Counted from the first letter of the stretch, positions 1 to 9,038 are shown. The stretch is DNA of 64,000 bases from an uncultured Eubacteriales bacterium (GCA_964500985.1 CAZCRB010000001.1:8173-72172), one strand, 5' to 3'. Notes: generated from the sequence alone by a model not told the origin. Numbers and translations are program-made.

Positions 1-1113
1 TGGACGACCTCGCTGCAGTGGCTGCCGCTCAAGTGGTGGTTCACCCTCGCCGAGGGCGACGCCGCGACGATCGGGACGACCGGCGCGGGCGGGACCACGG
101 TCACGAGCGCCAAGATCCAGGGCGGTAAGTCCACCCTCGTCCTGCCCGAGAAGGACCTGTGCTGGATGTGCCACGGCGACCTTGCGGCCAAGCTCTCGGA
201 CGACTTCCCGCACCAGCCGTTCATGACGGGCCGCTGCTCGAACTGCCACAACCCGCATGCGTCGAACTACCGGTCGCTGCTGACGCAGGCTCCCAACAAG
301 ATCTGCTTCACCTGCCACCCCATGGGCATGGAGCTCTCTCGCGAACAGGCGCACCCGCCCGCGGCGCAGGGCTGGTGTACCGACTGCCACGACCCCCACG
401 CCTCGAACTACCGGGGCATCATCCTCACCAACCAGCGTGACCTGTGCTTCCGGTGTCACCCGTCGGTGGCCGTACTCGGCGGGCTTCCGGTCCAGCATGC
501 GCCGTTCCTCAACGATGACTGCACCGGTTGTCACGAGCCGCACGGCTCGAACTATCGTCCGCTGCTCGACGCCGAGCAGCCGCGACTCTGCTACAACTGC
601 CACCCCGGGATCGAGAACCAGTTCGCCCAGGCGAGCCATCACCCGGTCGGGCTGACGCTCAAGTGCGCGAGCTGCCACGACCCGCACGCGGCACAGTACG
701 CGGGTCTGCTCAACGCGAAGGACAACCAGTTCTGCTATCAGTGCCATGGCAGCTACGAGCAGGCGTTCGCGGCGTCCGCACACGACGAGCAGCTCTGCAT
801 CACCTGCCACACCCCGCACGGCTCTCCCTACACGCCGATCCTGCGCGAGTCGAACCCCGACCTGTGCCTGCAGTGCCACCCGCCCAGTGGCTACGACGAA
901 TCGTCCAAGACGGTGCGGCGCAACAACCACCCGGTGCGTCCGACCCACTACGACGTCAACGCGCGCGAGAACCTCACGTGCACCTCGTCGTGCCATAATC
1001 CGCACGGCACCAAGTACAACACCATGCTCCGCTACTTCCCGGCCCCGCTCGACGGCAACTGCCTGATGTGTCACGCCGTCACGCCCGGCAAGCGCGTCGG
1101 TATCGACTTCTAG
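1..1113 (+). CDS. multiheme cytochrome c, paired-CXXCH type; 5' end outside the window
   Basis: Frame 1 is open from base 1, with no stop and no ATG/GTG/TTG before 166. A CWMCH heme motif straddles the ORF-track start at 166, so the gene begins upstream. The visible part has 12 CXXCH motifs plus one CX3CH (CTSSCH), alternating CxxCHxPHxSNY and CxxCHP units. Confidence 0.85.
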   Translation, partial: WTTSLQWLPLKWWFTLAEGDAATIGTTGAGGTTVTSAKIQGGKSTLVLPEKDLCWMCHGDLAAKLSDDFPHQPFMTGRCSNCHNPHASNYRSLLTQAPNKICFTCHPMGMELSREQAHPPAAQGWCTDCHDPHASNYRGIILTNQRDLCFRCHPSVAVLGGLPVQHAPFLNDDCTGCHEPHGSNYRPLLDAEQPRLCYNCHPGIENQFAQASHHPVGLTLKCASCHDPHAAQYAGLLNAKDNQFCYQCHGSYEQAFAASAHDEQLCITCHTPHGSPYTPILRESNPDLCLQCHPPSGYDESSKTVRRNNHPVRPTHYDVNARENLTCTSSCHNPHGTKYNTMLRYFPAPLDGNCLMCHAVTPGKRVGIDF

Positions 1114-1128
1114 CGTTCGGAGAGATTC

Positions 1129-2337
1129 ATGCCTCGCATCTCGCTCGATGGCTTCAAGAATCCGGTCACCCGGCCGCGCTTCATCATCTGGACCGGTGTC
1201 GGCATCCTGGTGCTCGCGGCCGTCATGATCGTGGCGCTCGGCGTGACGTCGACCCGCTGGTTCTGCGCCAACGGCTGCCACAAGGTCCAGGACGACACCA
1301 TCACCGCCTACGAGCACTCGCCGCACAGCGAGATCAGCTGCATGGCATGTCACATGCCCGTCAACGCGAACCCCATCGTGTTCATCCTGCACAAGGCCGA
1401 GGCCCTGGGCGAGCTGTACCTGACGGTGACCGACAACTTCGAGCTGCCGCTCAATCCCGAGTCCGAGGTCAGCCTCACGATGAAGGAGGGTCAGTGCACG
1501 CAGTGCCACAACCTGGACCTGCGTCCCGTGACCCCCTCGCCCGGCATCGTCATCGACCACAAGGTGCACTCCGAGAAGGAAGTGACGTGCGCCATCTGTC
1601 ACAACCGGACCGCGCACGTCGAGGACTTCGAGCTGACGCTGACCGATCCGGCGACCGGGGAGCCCAACAAGAAGCACGAGGACTTCATGAGCATGACCGC
1701 GTGCTTCCGCTGCCACACGCAGGGTGAGCCCGCCGGTCCGATCACCGCCCCCGGCGAGTGCGCCCTGTGCCACACGCCCGAGTTCCAGCTCAAGCCGCCG
1801 TCGCATCTCGAGCCCGGCTTCTTCCCCGAGGGCCACGCCGCGCTTGCCCAGGAAGAGGCGAGCCGTGTGGCCGGCTCCGAGGGCGCTACGGCATCCGCCG
1901 AAGCCGCTAAGCAGGCCAAGGAGGGCGAGGCCGAGGCCGCCGGTGGCAAGGGTGAGGGCGAGGCCGCAGGCGAGGGCATCGGACCGTCGCTGCCGCGCGT
2001 CGGTGAGATCAACGAGTGCTACACGTGCCATAAGGAGACGTTCTGCACCGACTGCCACGGCGTGGAGATGCCGCACCCGGCGGACTTCAAGAAGACCCAC
2101 GGGGCTGCCGGCAAGGCCGACCCGCAGGTGTGTGCCAAGTGCCACGGCGACGTGAACCAGTTCTGCAACGAGTGCCACCACGGGTCCGCGCTCGACTGGA
2201 AGTACGACACCAAGGTGCCGTGGCTCAAGCAGCACCCGGACGCCGTCCGCACCTCGGGCGCCAACGCATGCTTCGAGTGCCACGACCCGACCTACTGCGC
2301 CAACTGCCACGTGAACGGACCGGGCGCGTCGCAATAG
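1129..2337 (+). CDS. membrane-anchored multiheme cytochrome c with NapC/NrfH-like N-terminal module
   Basis: 402 aa. N-terminal TM helix (IIWTGVGILVLAAVMIVALGV), then 11 CXXCH motifs plus one CX3CH (CANGCH). An A/E/G-rich linker separates two heme-rich halves. Starts 16 nt after the upstream cytochrome gene. Confidence 0.8.
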   Translation: MPRISLDGFKNPVTRPRFIIWTGVGILVLAAVMIVALGVTSTRWFCANGCHKVQDDTITAYEHSPHSEISCMACHMPVNANPIVFILHKAEALGELYLTVTDNFELPLNPESEVSLTMKEGQCTQCHNLDLRPVTPSPGIVIDHKVHSEKEVTCAICHNRTAHVEDFELTLTDPATGEPNKKHEDFMSMTACFRCHTQGEPAGPITAPGECALCHTPEFQLKPPSHLEPGFFPEGHAALAQEEASRVAGSEGATASAEAAKQAKEGEAEAAGGKGEGEAAGEGIGPSLPRVGEINECYTCHKETFCTDCHGVEMPHPADFKKTHGAAGKADPQVCAKCHGDVNQFCNECHHGSALDWKYDTKVPWLKQHPDAVRTSGANACFECHDPTYCANCHVNGPGASQ

Positions 2338-2397
2338 TGCGCCCGATCCACGCCGCCGGGCGCCGGGGGCAGCGCAAGGACATGAAGGGTCTGCATC

Positions 2398-3048
2398 GTG
2401 AGTGATGGCGCACGTATCTCGGACGCTTCGGTGTACCGCCTTTCGCTGTACCACTGCTACCTCGGTGAAGCGCTGAGGACAGGCGTCGCCGGCCGCATCA
2501 CGTCGCGTCAGCTCGCTGAGTCTCTCGACATCAAAGACGAGACCGTGCGGCGCGACCTCTCGTTCGTGGGCGGCGGCGGGCGTCCCGGTGCCGGCTACGA
2601 TATGGTCGTGCTGTTCGGCGCCATTCAGGAGTTCCTGGGACTCCGGGACGAGTACCCGATCGTGAAGGTCGGGTCGGTGCAGATGATCGAGGCGCTCTCG
2701 GTGGTGTTTCCCGCCCACAGCTATGGGGTGGAGCCGGTCGCCTTCTTCTCCGAGTTGGAAGGGGATACGGGCGCCGTGGTCAACGGCATCACCGTGGCGC
2801 ACGTGTCGGATATCCCGCGCCTCGTGCCCCCGCTGGGAGTGTCCGTGGCCCTGGTGGCAACGTCTCCGGGCTGGGTGCAGGCGACGCTCGACCTGCTCGC
2901 AGGGGCCGGGATCACGGGGGTGCTCCTGTTGACCCCGGCGATTCGCCTCGAGCGACCGCACGGGGTCGAGGTCACGCACGTGCGCATGCCGTGCGACATC
3001 AAGTCACTCGCGTGTCGCTGCAAGCCCGCGCGAGGTGCCGACCTCTAG
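2398..3048 (+). CDS. rex: Rex-like redox-sensing transcriptional repressor (divergent)
   Basis: The N-terminus (SVYRLSLYHCYL ... ITSRQLAESLDIKDETVRRDLSFVG ... GYDM) aligns by eye with the Rex winged-helix region, and the C-terminus (VALVATSPGWVQATLDLLAGAGITGVLLLTP) with the Rex Rossmann domain. The glycine loop position reads GSVQMI instead of GxGxxG. Confidence 0.7.
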   Translation: MSDGARISDASVYRLSLYHCYLGEALRTGVAGRITSRQLAESLDIKDETVRRDLSFVGGGGRPGAGYDMVVLFGAIQEFLGLRDEYPIVKVGSVQMIEALSVVFPAHSYGVEPVAFFSELEGDTGAVVNGITVAHVSDIPRLVPPLGVSVALVATSPGWVQATLDLLAGAGITGVLLLTPAIRLERPHGVEVTHVRMPCDIKSLACRCKPARGADL

Positions 3049-3128
3049 ACGGCGCTCCGCGTTGCAGGGATTGCCGCACTCGCGCAGAACCTGCTGGTAC
3101 GGCCTCGTGGAGGAGTGCTGCGCTCGCG

Positions 3129-3137
3129 TGTTACACT
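3129..3137 (+). promoter_or_regulatory. putative extended -10 promoter element (TGtTACACT)
   Basis: TGn+TAnnnT motif in the 171-bp gap upstream of the radical SAM gene. No good -35. Motif-only prediction. Confidence 0.3.
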
Positions 3138-3219
3138 CGGCTCCTGCCTCTCGGGGCAGGGGGCGCGGCGAGGGCCGCAGGGTATCCGGAGTCGTCATAC
3201 GGAAAGGACCTGCGCAGCC

Positions 3220-5031
3220 ATGCCTCGCGTCGACTTCGTGCTTCTTCACGCTCCTGCGGTGTTCGACTTCCGCGAGCGCTCCATCATGTTCGGCCCCGTG
3301 TCCGACATGGTTCCCTCCACCCCGATCTTCGAGATGTACCCGCTGGGTTTCACCACCATGGCCGAGTACCTCGAGCGCCACGGCATCCGCGTGCGCATCG
3401 TCAACCTCGCGGTGCTGATGCTCAACAAGCCCGACTTCGACGTCGAGGCCTACATCCGCTCGCTCGACGCGACGCTGTTCGGTGTCGACCTGCACTGGCT
3501 GCCTCATTGCCACGGCTCGATCGAGGTCGCGCGGCTCGTCAAGAAGTGCCACCCGGACACGCCGGTCGTCTTTGGCGGGCTCTCGTCGAGCTACTTCCAT
3601 GAGGAGCTCGCGGGCTACGACTGTGTCGACTTCGTGTTGCGCGGCGACTCGACCGAGGAGCCCTCGCGTCTGCTCATCGAGGTGCTCAAGGGCAAGGGCA
3701 GTCTCGACGAGGTCCCCAACCTGACGTGGAAGGACGCCACCGGTTCGGTGCACGTCAACCCGCTCTCCTGGGTGCCGGCGGACATGAACTCCATTTCGCT
3801 CGACTACTCGTTCAACATGAAGTCCGTCATCCGCTATCGCGACATGATGGGCGTCGTGCCGTTCAAGGACTGGCTCAAGTACCCGGTCTGCGCGTCGCTC
3901 ACGTGTCGCGGCTGCACGCACGACTGCGTGACCTGCGGCGGTTCGGCGTACTCGTTCCGCGAGCATTTCGGCCGCGACAAGGTCGCCTTCCGCGACCCGG
4001 ATCTGCTCGTGCGCGACATCGAGCACATCCAGCGCTACATCCCGGGGCCGATGTTCGTCCTCAACGACTTCTTGCAGGCGGGGCGCACCTACACGCGCGA
4101 CTTCGTCAAAGGCCTGCAGCGCATCAAGATGAAGAACCCGATCGGCTTCGAGTTCTTCAAGCCGCCGCACGAGGAGTTCTACGAGTTCCTCGACGGCCAC
4201 CTCAACGACTACTCCGTCGAGATCAGCGTCGAGAGCCACGATGACGGCGTGCGCGCCGCCTTTGGCAAGAGCCACTACACGATCGACCAGGTCGAGGAGA
4301 CCGTGAAGGCCGCGCTGAAGAACGGGTGCTCTCGTTTCGACCTGTACTTCATGACCGGCATCCCCACGCAGACCGCCGAGTCGGTCCGGGAGACCGCCGA
4401 CTACGTCAAGCACCTCTATGCGGCGGTGGGCAACGACCCGCGCCTGCTGTGCTTCATCAGCCCGATGGCGCCGTTCCTCGATCCGGGATCGCGCGCGTTC
4501 GACAACCCCGAGGCGCACGGCTACACCCTGCGCGCCAAGACGCTCGAGCAGCACCGCGAGCGCATGGTCCTGCCGTCGTGGAAGCACATCATGAACTACG
4601 AGAGCGCGAGCATGAGTCCCGACGACATGGTCGAGGCGACCTACGACGCGGGCCTGGCGCTCAACCGCATCAAGGCCGACGCCGGCATCATCGATCAGGT
4701 GACGGCTGCGCGCACGGAGGCGCGGGTGGCCGAGGCGCGCGTGGCCATGCGTCGCATCGACGACATCCTCGCAGGCCCCGCCGAGACGCACGACCTGGGG
4801 CTGTGGGCCCTCAAGGAGGAGTTCGACCGCCTCTCCGAGTCCACCGTCTGCGAGAAGACCGAGCTGAACTGGCCCCACTCCGTGGAGCTCAAGCACGTCG
4901 CCGCGGCCGCCAGTTTGTTCGTCCGCGAGAATGTGGGTAACCTTGTCGGGCGCAAGCGCGGGGAGTACCGCCCCGCCACGTCCGATCAGCACCCGCGGCC
5001 CACGGTGCCCGCGGTGAAACCGGAAGGCTAA
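3220..5031 (+). CDS. B12-binding-domain radical SAM protein, substrate unknown
   Basis: The ORF-track frame was trimmed to the ATG at 3220 (GGAAAGGA about 10 nt upstream). N-terminal Rossmann-like B12-type domain (VDFVLLHAP...VVFGG), then a CTHDCVTC (CxxxCxxC) radical SAM cluster motif. About 603 aa. Confidence 0.8.
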   Translation: MPRVDFVLLHAPAVFDFRERSIMFGPVSDMVPSTPIFEMYPLGFTTMAEYLERHGIRVRIVNLAVLMLNKPDFDVEAYIRSLDATLFGVDLHWLPHCHGSIEVARLVKKCHPDTPVVFGGLSSSYFHEELAGYDCVDFVLRGDSTEEPSRLLIEVLKGKGSLDEVPNLTWKDATGSVHVNPLSWVPADMNSISLDYSFNMKSVIRYRDMMGVVPFKDWLKYPVCASLTCRGCTHDCVTCGGSAYSFREHFGRDKVAFRDPDLLVRDIEHIQRYIPGPMFVLNDFLQAGRTYTRDFVKGLQRIKMKNPIGFEFFKPPHEEFYEFLDGHLNDYSVEISVESHDDGVRAAFGKSHYTIDQVEETVKAALKNGCSRFDLYFMTGIPTQTAESVRETADYVKHLYAAVGNDPRLLCFISPMAPFLDPGSRAFDNPEAHGYTLRAKTLEQHRERMVLPSWKHIMNYESASMSPDDMVEATYDAGLALNRIKADAGIIDQVTAARTEARVAEARVAMRRIDDILAGPAETHDLGLWALKEEFDRLSESTVCEKTELNWPHSVELKHVAAAASLFVRENVGNLVGRKRGEYRPATSDQHPRPTVPAVKPEG

Positions 5032-5039
5032 GAGCCCAC

Positions 5040-5762
5040 ATGCCCGAGCAGACCCCTGCGCCCGGCGAAGCGACCACCGAGCGCGTCCGCGGCATCTTCT
5101 CCAACATCGCGGGCCGCTACGACACCTTCAACATGCTCGCCAGCATGGGCATCGACCGCTCGTGGCGCCGCGCGCTCGTGAAGGCCTGCGCTCTGGACCG
5201 CGGCTCGCGGGTGCTCGACCTTGCGGCGGGCACGGGCGACGTGTCGCTCGCGATCGCCCGACAGGCCGCACCGGCCGAGATCCTCGTGACCGACTTCACC
5301 CCCGAGATGCTCGAGGTGGCCGAGCGCAAGATCGCTCAGTACGAGGGCCCCACCAGCATGTCGGTACACCTCGCCGACGCGCAGGACCTGCCCTTCGATG
5401 ACGCCAGCTTCGACGTCGTGACGGTCGCCTTCGGGGTCCGCAACTTCCCCGAGCGCGACCGCAACTTCGCCGAGGTGCTGCGCGTCCTCAAGCCCGGCGG
5501 GCGCTACGTGGTGCTCGAGTTCAGCCGGCCCACCTTCGCGCCCTGGCGGGCCGCGTATCACGCCTACCTCTACACCGCCATCCCGGCGATCGGCGGCGTG
5601 CTCACCGGCGATCGTGACTCCTTCGTGTACCTCAACGACTCCATCCGCCGCTTCCCCACGCAGCCTCAGCTCGCGGCGGAGCTGCGCGCGGCGGGGTTCT
5701 CGGCGATCACGTGGCGCGATCTGTCGGGGGGCATCGTGGCGCTGCACACTGCGGTCAAGTAG
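5040..5762 (+). CDS. menG: demethylmenaquinone/ubiquinone C-methyltransferase (UbiE/MenG family)
   Basis: Typical UbiE N-terminus (VRGIFSNIAGRYDTFNMLASMGIDRSWRR) and SAM motif (VLDLAAGTGD); also AFGVRNFPERD and LKPGGRYVVLEFS. Confidence 0.9.
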   Translation: MPEQTPAPGEATTERVRGIFSNIAGRYDTFNMLASMGIDRSWRRALVKACALDRGSRVLDLAAGTGDVSLAIARQAAPAEILVTDFTPEMLEVAERKIAQYEGPTSMSVHLADAQDLPFDDASFDVVTVAFGVRNFPERDRNFAEVLRVLKPGGRYVVLEFSRPTFAPWRAAYHAYLYTAIPAIGGVLTGDRDSFVYLNDSIRRFPTQPQLAAELRAAGFSAITWRDLSGGIVALHTAVK

Positions 5763-5822
5763 CAGGTGACGTGGGCGCGGGTGCGGTAGAATCGCATTCG
5801 AGCCACCACTTCGGAGGAACCC

Positions 5823-7169
5823 ATGCTTCTCACCGCGCGCTACGTGCTTCCGATCGCCGCTCCGCACATCGAGTTCGGAGCCGTCCTGGTCAGAGACGAC
5901 AAGATCGTCGAGATCGGCGACCTGGACCATCTGCGTGACCTTCACCCCGAAGAGGAGATCGTCGACTTCGGCCTCGCGGCGTTGCTGCCGGGCTTCGTCG
6001 ACGTGCACACGCATCTCGAGTACACGGCGATGCGCGGCCTCGTCGACGACTTGCCCTACTCGCGCTGGAAGCTGCAGCTCCTGCAGAAGGAGCAGCTGTT
6101 CTCATCTCAGGACTGGGACGATTCGGCGCTGCTCGGCGCGCTCGAGGCCGTCCAGTCCGGCATCACCACCGTCGCCGACATCACCGAGACCGGCGCGTCG
6201 GGTCATGCGGTCCAGGCCTCGGGCCTGCGCGGTGTGATCTATCGCGAGGTCGCGACGATGGACCGGCGCAAGGTCGACGCCACGATGGCGACGGCAGCCG
6301 CCGACATCGAGGCCTGGCGCGCCACGAGCGACGCGAAGCGCATCAGCGTGGGCATCGCCCCCCATGCGCCCTACTCGTGCCACCCCGAGCTGTTCCGCAA
6401 GGTGGCGGCGTTCGCGATGGACGGCACGCCCGTGACGGTGCACTTGGCGGGAAGCCGCGAGGAGTACCAGTTCGTCAAGTACGGGTCCTCGATGCTGGCG
6501 ACAGACGTCCGCGACGAGTTCGACGCCGAGGCGCCCCTGTGGCTGCCCACCGGCGTGAGCCCCGTGCGCTACGTGCTGCAGTGGGGCCTGTTCGATGCGC
6601 CGAACGTGATGGCCGTGCATCTGACGCAGGTCGACGCCGACGACATCGAGATTCTCGCCAGCCACGACGTCGCGGTGGCGCACTGCCCCCGCTGCAACGC
6701 CAAGCTCGGCATGGGTATCGCACCGGTCAGCGACTTCTTGCGCGCGGGGCTGCGCGTGGGCCTTGGCACCGACTCGCCTGCGGCGTCCAACTCGATGGAC
6801 GTGTTCGAGGAGATGCGCATCGGTCTGCTCGTGCAGCGGGCCGTTCTCGGCGAGGAGCACTTCATCCCCGCTCGCCAGTTCGTCAAGATGGCCACGCTCG
6901 ATGCGGCGCGCGCGTTGGGCATCGACGACCAGGTCGGTTCGCTGGAACCGGGCAAGCAGGCCGACATCATCGCGGTCGACCTGTCCAAGTCCCACCAGAT
7001 CCCGACGCACTACCCGTACGGCACGCTCGTGCACACCGCCAACCAGGAGAACGTGCTCTGGACGATGATCGCAGGCGAGGTCGTCTACGAGAACCGCGAG
7101 TGGCGCACCCTGGACAACGAGCGGGTGTTCGCGCGGGCCGAAGAGATGCGGATGAAGCTGCGCAACTAG
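5823..7169 (+). CDS. amidohydrolase-superfamily deaminase (MTA/SAH deaminase or aminodeoxyfutalosine deaminase type)
   Basis: 448 aa. Metal-binding HxH (FVDVHTHLEY), a later HLAGS and a C-terminal GTDS motif typical of the cytosine-deaminase-like subgroup. Sits next to menG. Confidence 0.75.
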   Translation: MLLTARYVLPIAAPHIEFGAVLVRDDKIVEIGDLDHLRDLHPEEEIVDFGLAALLPGFVDVHTHLEYTAMRGLVDDLPYSRWKLQLLQKEQLFSSQDWDDSALLGALEAVQSGITTVADITETGASGHAVQASGLRGVIYREVATMDRRKVDATMATAAADIEAWRATSDAKRISVGIAPHAPYSCHPELFRKVAAFAMDGTPVTVHLAGSREEYQFVKYGSSMLATDVRDEFDAEAPLWLPTGVSPVRYVLQWGLFDAPNVMAVHLTQVDADDIEILASHDVAVAHCPRCNAKLGMGIAPVSDFLRAGLRVGLGTDSPAASNSMDVFEEMRIGLLVQRAVLGEEHFIPARQFVKMATLDAARALGIDDQVGSLEPGKQADIIAVDLSKSHQIPTHYPYGTLVHTANQENVLWTMIAGEVVYENREWRTLDNERVFARAEEMRMKLRN

Positions 7170-7258
7170 CGCGCGACCGCACGCTTAAGTCTCCTGAAAT
7201 CATTGGCGCGCGGGTTGCTGTTTGGTGTGCAAAGCAGCAGGGAGCGCGCGGGGACGCG

Positions 7259-7267
7259 TGCTATACT
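7259..7267 (+). promoter_or_regulatory. putative extended -10 promoter element (TGcTATACT)
   Basis: TGn+TATACT lies 69 nt upstream of the GTG at 7336. Motif-only prediction. Confidence 0.3.
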
Positions 7268-7335
7268 ATCCGACGGTTCAGGCAGGCAGAGGCGCGGGCG
7301 CCATGGCTCCCGTCCAACACAGGAGGATCACACAC

Positions 7336-7749
7336 GTGAGCGATCAGGACTTCTTCTTCGACGAGGACGAGCAGGCCGCCCCGGCCGCTGAGCAGAAGGC
7401 AGCCAAGGCCGCCCCGGCCAAGAAGCCGGCGGCGTCTTCGCGTCCGGCGAGCAAGTCGGCCGCACCGGCCGCCCCCGCCGCGCAGACCGTCACGATGACC
7501 ATCGCCGTGCTCATCGGCGTCATCGGGCTTCTCATCGGCGTGATCATCGGCGTCGTGCTCCCCATCGGTGGCAGCGACGTTCCGGCCCCCACGGGTGCGG
7601 CCACCGGCGCGGGCGCAGGCGCGGCCGGCGGTGCCGGTACCGCCCCGCAGCTCACCCCCGAGCAGCTCCAGGGCGGCCAGCTTCCGGCCGGTCACCCCAA
7701 CATCGGTGGCGGCGCGGCCAGCGGCTCCGCTGAGACCACCGGCAAGTAG
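7336..7749 (+). CDS. hypothetical single-pass membrane protein, A/P/K-rich N-terminus
   Basis: GTG at 7336 is preceded by AGGAGGA. One clear TM helix (MTIAVLIGVIGLLIGVIIGVVLPIGG) is flanked by low-complexity segments. GC3-rich codons. Confidence 0.5.
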   Translation: MSDQDFFFDEDEQAAPAAEQKAAKAAPAKKPAASSRPASKSAAPAAPAAQTVTMTIAVLIGVIGLLIGVIIGVVLPIGGSDVPAPTGAATGAGAGAAGGAGTAPQLTPEQLQGGQLPAGHPNIGGGAASGSAETTGK

Positions 7750-7833
7750 CAGCATTCGAACCGGATGCGGGTTCGGTCACCGGCGGCTCTCGCCGGTCCG
7801 GACCCGCATCGGTGTCTGAGGAGGAGGGGCTTC

Positions 7834-8523
7834 GTGGCGATTGACAAGTCAAACACTCCCGCATGGATGAAGGTCGTTCTGTGGGTGGTCATCATCGCGT
7901 TCGTGATGAGCTTCATCGGTTTGGGCGGCACTAGCATCTACACGCTGTTCACGGGGGGCCAGTCCAAGCCTGCGAACACGACCGCCAATGCGTCTGATGC
8001 GCTCAAGCAGCAGTACCAGCCGCAGGTCGATGCGTTCACGCAGCTCCTCCAGAGTGAGCCGACGAGCTACACCGTGCTCGTCAACCTCGGCAACACCTAC
8101 ATGGACTGGGCCGGCGGCCTCGAGCAGACCTTCGCGCAGGCTCAGCAGTCGCAACTGACCACGGCGCAGGCGGAGTTGCGCTTCAGCCTCTACACCAACG
8201 CCAAGGACGCCTACGACAAGGCGCTCAAGATCAAGGCCACCGAGGCGCCCGTGCTCGGCGACTACGCGATCACGCTGTACAGCACCGGTGACGTCAACGG
8301 CGCGATCCTGTGGATGGAGAAGGCGGTCGTCATCCAGCCGGACCTCCCGGTCCTGTGGTTCAACCTCGGCAACTTCTACGCCCAAGCCGGGCAGCTGGAC
8401 AAGTCCAAGGAAGCGCTGAACCGGTACCTGAAGCTCGATCCCAAGGGCGACCGGGCCCAGGCAGCCAAGGACGCCCTCAAGAAGCTCGATGAGGCGGCTG
8501 CGCAGACCACGTCCACGCCGTAG
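7834..8523 (+). CDS. TPR-repeat protein with N-terminal membrane anchor
   Basis: GTG at 7834 follows GAGGAGGAGGGG. TM helix (MKVVLWVVIIAFVMSFIGLGG), then TPR-like repeats (LGNTYMDWA..., YDKALKIKA..., NLGNFYAQAGQLDKSKEALNRYLKLDP). Confidence 0.6.
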   Translation: MAIDKSNTPAWMKVVLWVVIIAFVMSFIGLGGTSIYTLFTGGQSKPANTTANASDALKQQYQPQVDAFTQLLQSEPTSYTVLVNLGNTYMDWAGGLEQTFAQAQQSQLTTAQAELRFSLYTNAKDAYDKALKIKATEAPVLGDYAITLYSTGDVNGAILWMEKAVVIQPDLPVLWFNLGNFYAQAGQLDKSKEALNRYLKLDPKGDRAQAAKDALKKLDEAAAQTTSTP

Positions 8524-8551
8524 GCGAACCCCAACATCAACGCGCAATGAA

Positions 8552-8577
8552 AACGGGCACCCTCAGGGGTGCCCGTT
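8552..8577. terminator. bidirectional intrinsic-terminator-like hairpin between convergent genes
   Basis: AACGGGCACCC-tcag-GGGTGCCCGTT: perfect 11-bp stem with a 4-nt loop, A-run on the 5' side and T-rich on the 3' side. Lies between the TPR gene (+) and the STAS gene (-). Confidence 0.6.
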
Positions 8578-8605
8578 CTGCTTCTGCTGCCGGCTCGTCA
8601 GAGGA

Positions 8606-8953
8606 TCAGTTGACGGATCCCACGATCTGCTCGGCCTCTTCCAGGGATACCGCCGTGGAGAAGATGCCGTTGAGTCGCGTGAGCGACAAGATGTTGTCGA
8701 CCGTCTCGTTGGTGACCAGCACGAGCTTGCCGCCCTGCGCCCCGTACTCCTTGGAGAGCGAGAGCAGCAGGCCGAGCCCTGAGCTGTCCAGGTACTCGAG
8801 ACCGGACAGGTCGACGATCGTGGAAGCCGGCGCGGACTTGAGGATGCGGTCGATACTCATCCTGAACGAGGCGCATTCCCCGTAGTCCAGGTCCCCGTCG
8901 AGCTTGAGCACCCAGAACGAGGGTTCCTGAGCGAGATCGATGGTGAGTGCCAT
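8606..8953 (-). CDS. STAS-domain protein (anti-sigma factor antagonist, SpoIIAA/RsbV-like)
   Basis: The ORF-track frame was trimmed to the internal ATG (MALTIDL...), with AAGGAAGGA upstream. Has the conserved phosphorylatable motif LDSSGLGLLLSL. 115 aa. The only convincing minus-strand gene in the window. Confidence 0.75.
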   Translation of the reverse strand: MALTIDLAQEPSFWVLKLDGDLDYGECASFRMSIDRILKSAPASTIVDLSGLEYLDSSGLGLLLSLSKEYGAQGGKLVLVTNETVDNILSLTRLNGIFSTAVSLEEAEQIVGSVN

Positions 8954-9038
8954 GACGTCCTTCCTTGTCTGCGAAATCGTAAAGGTTTTACCCCGAAGGC
9001 ATGAGGATTGCACGCCATGCACCGCGAGCGTCTGCACT

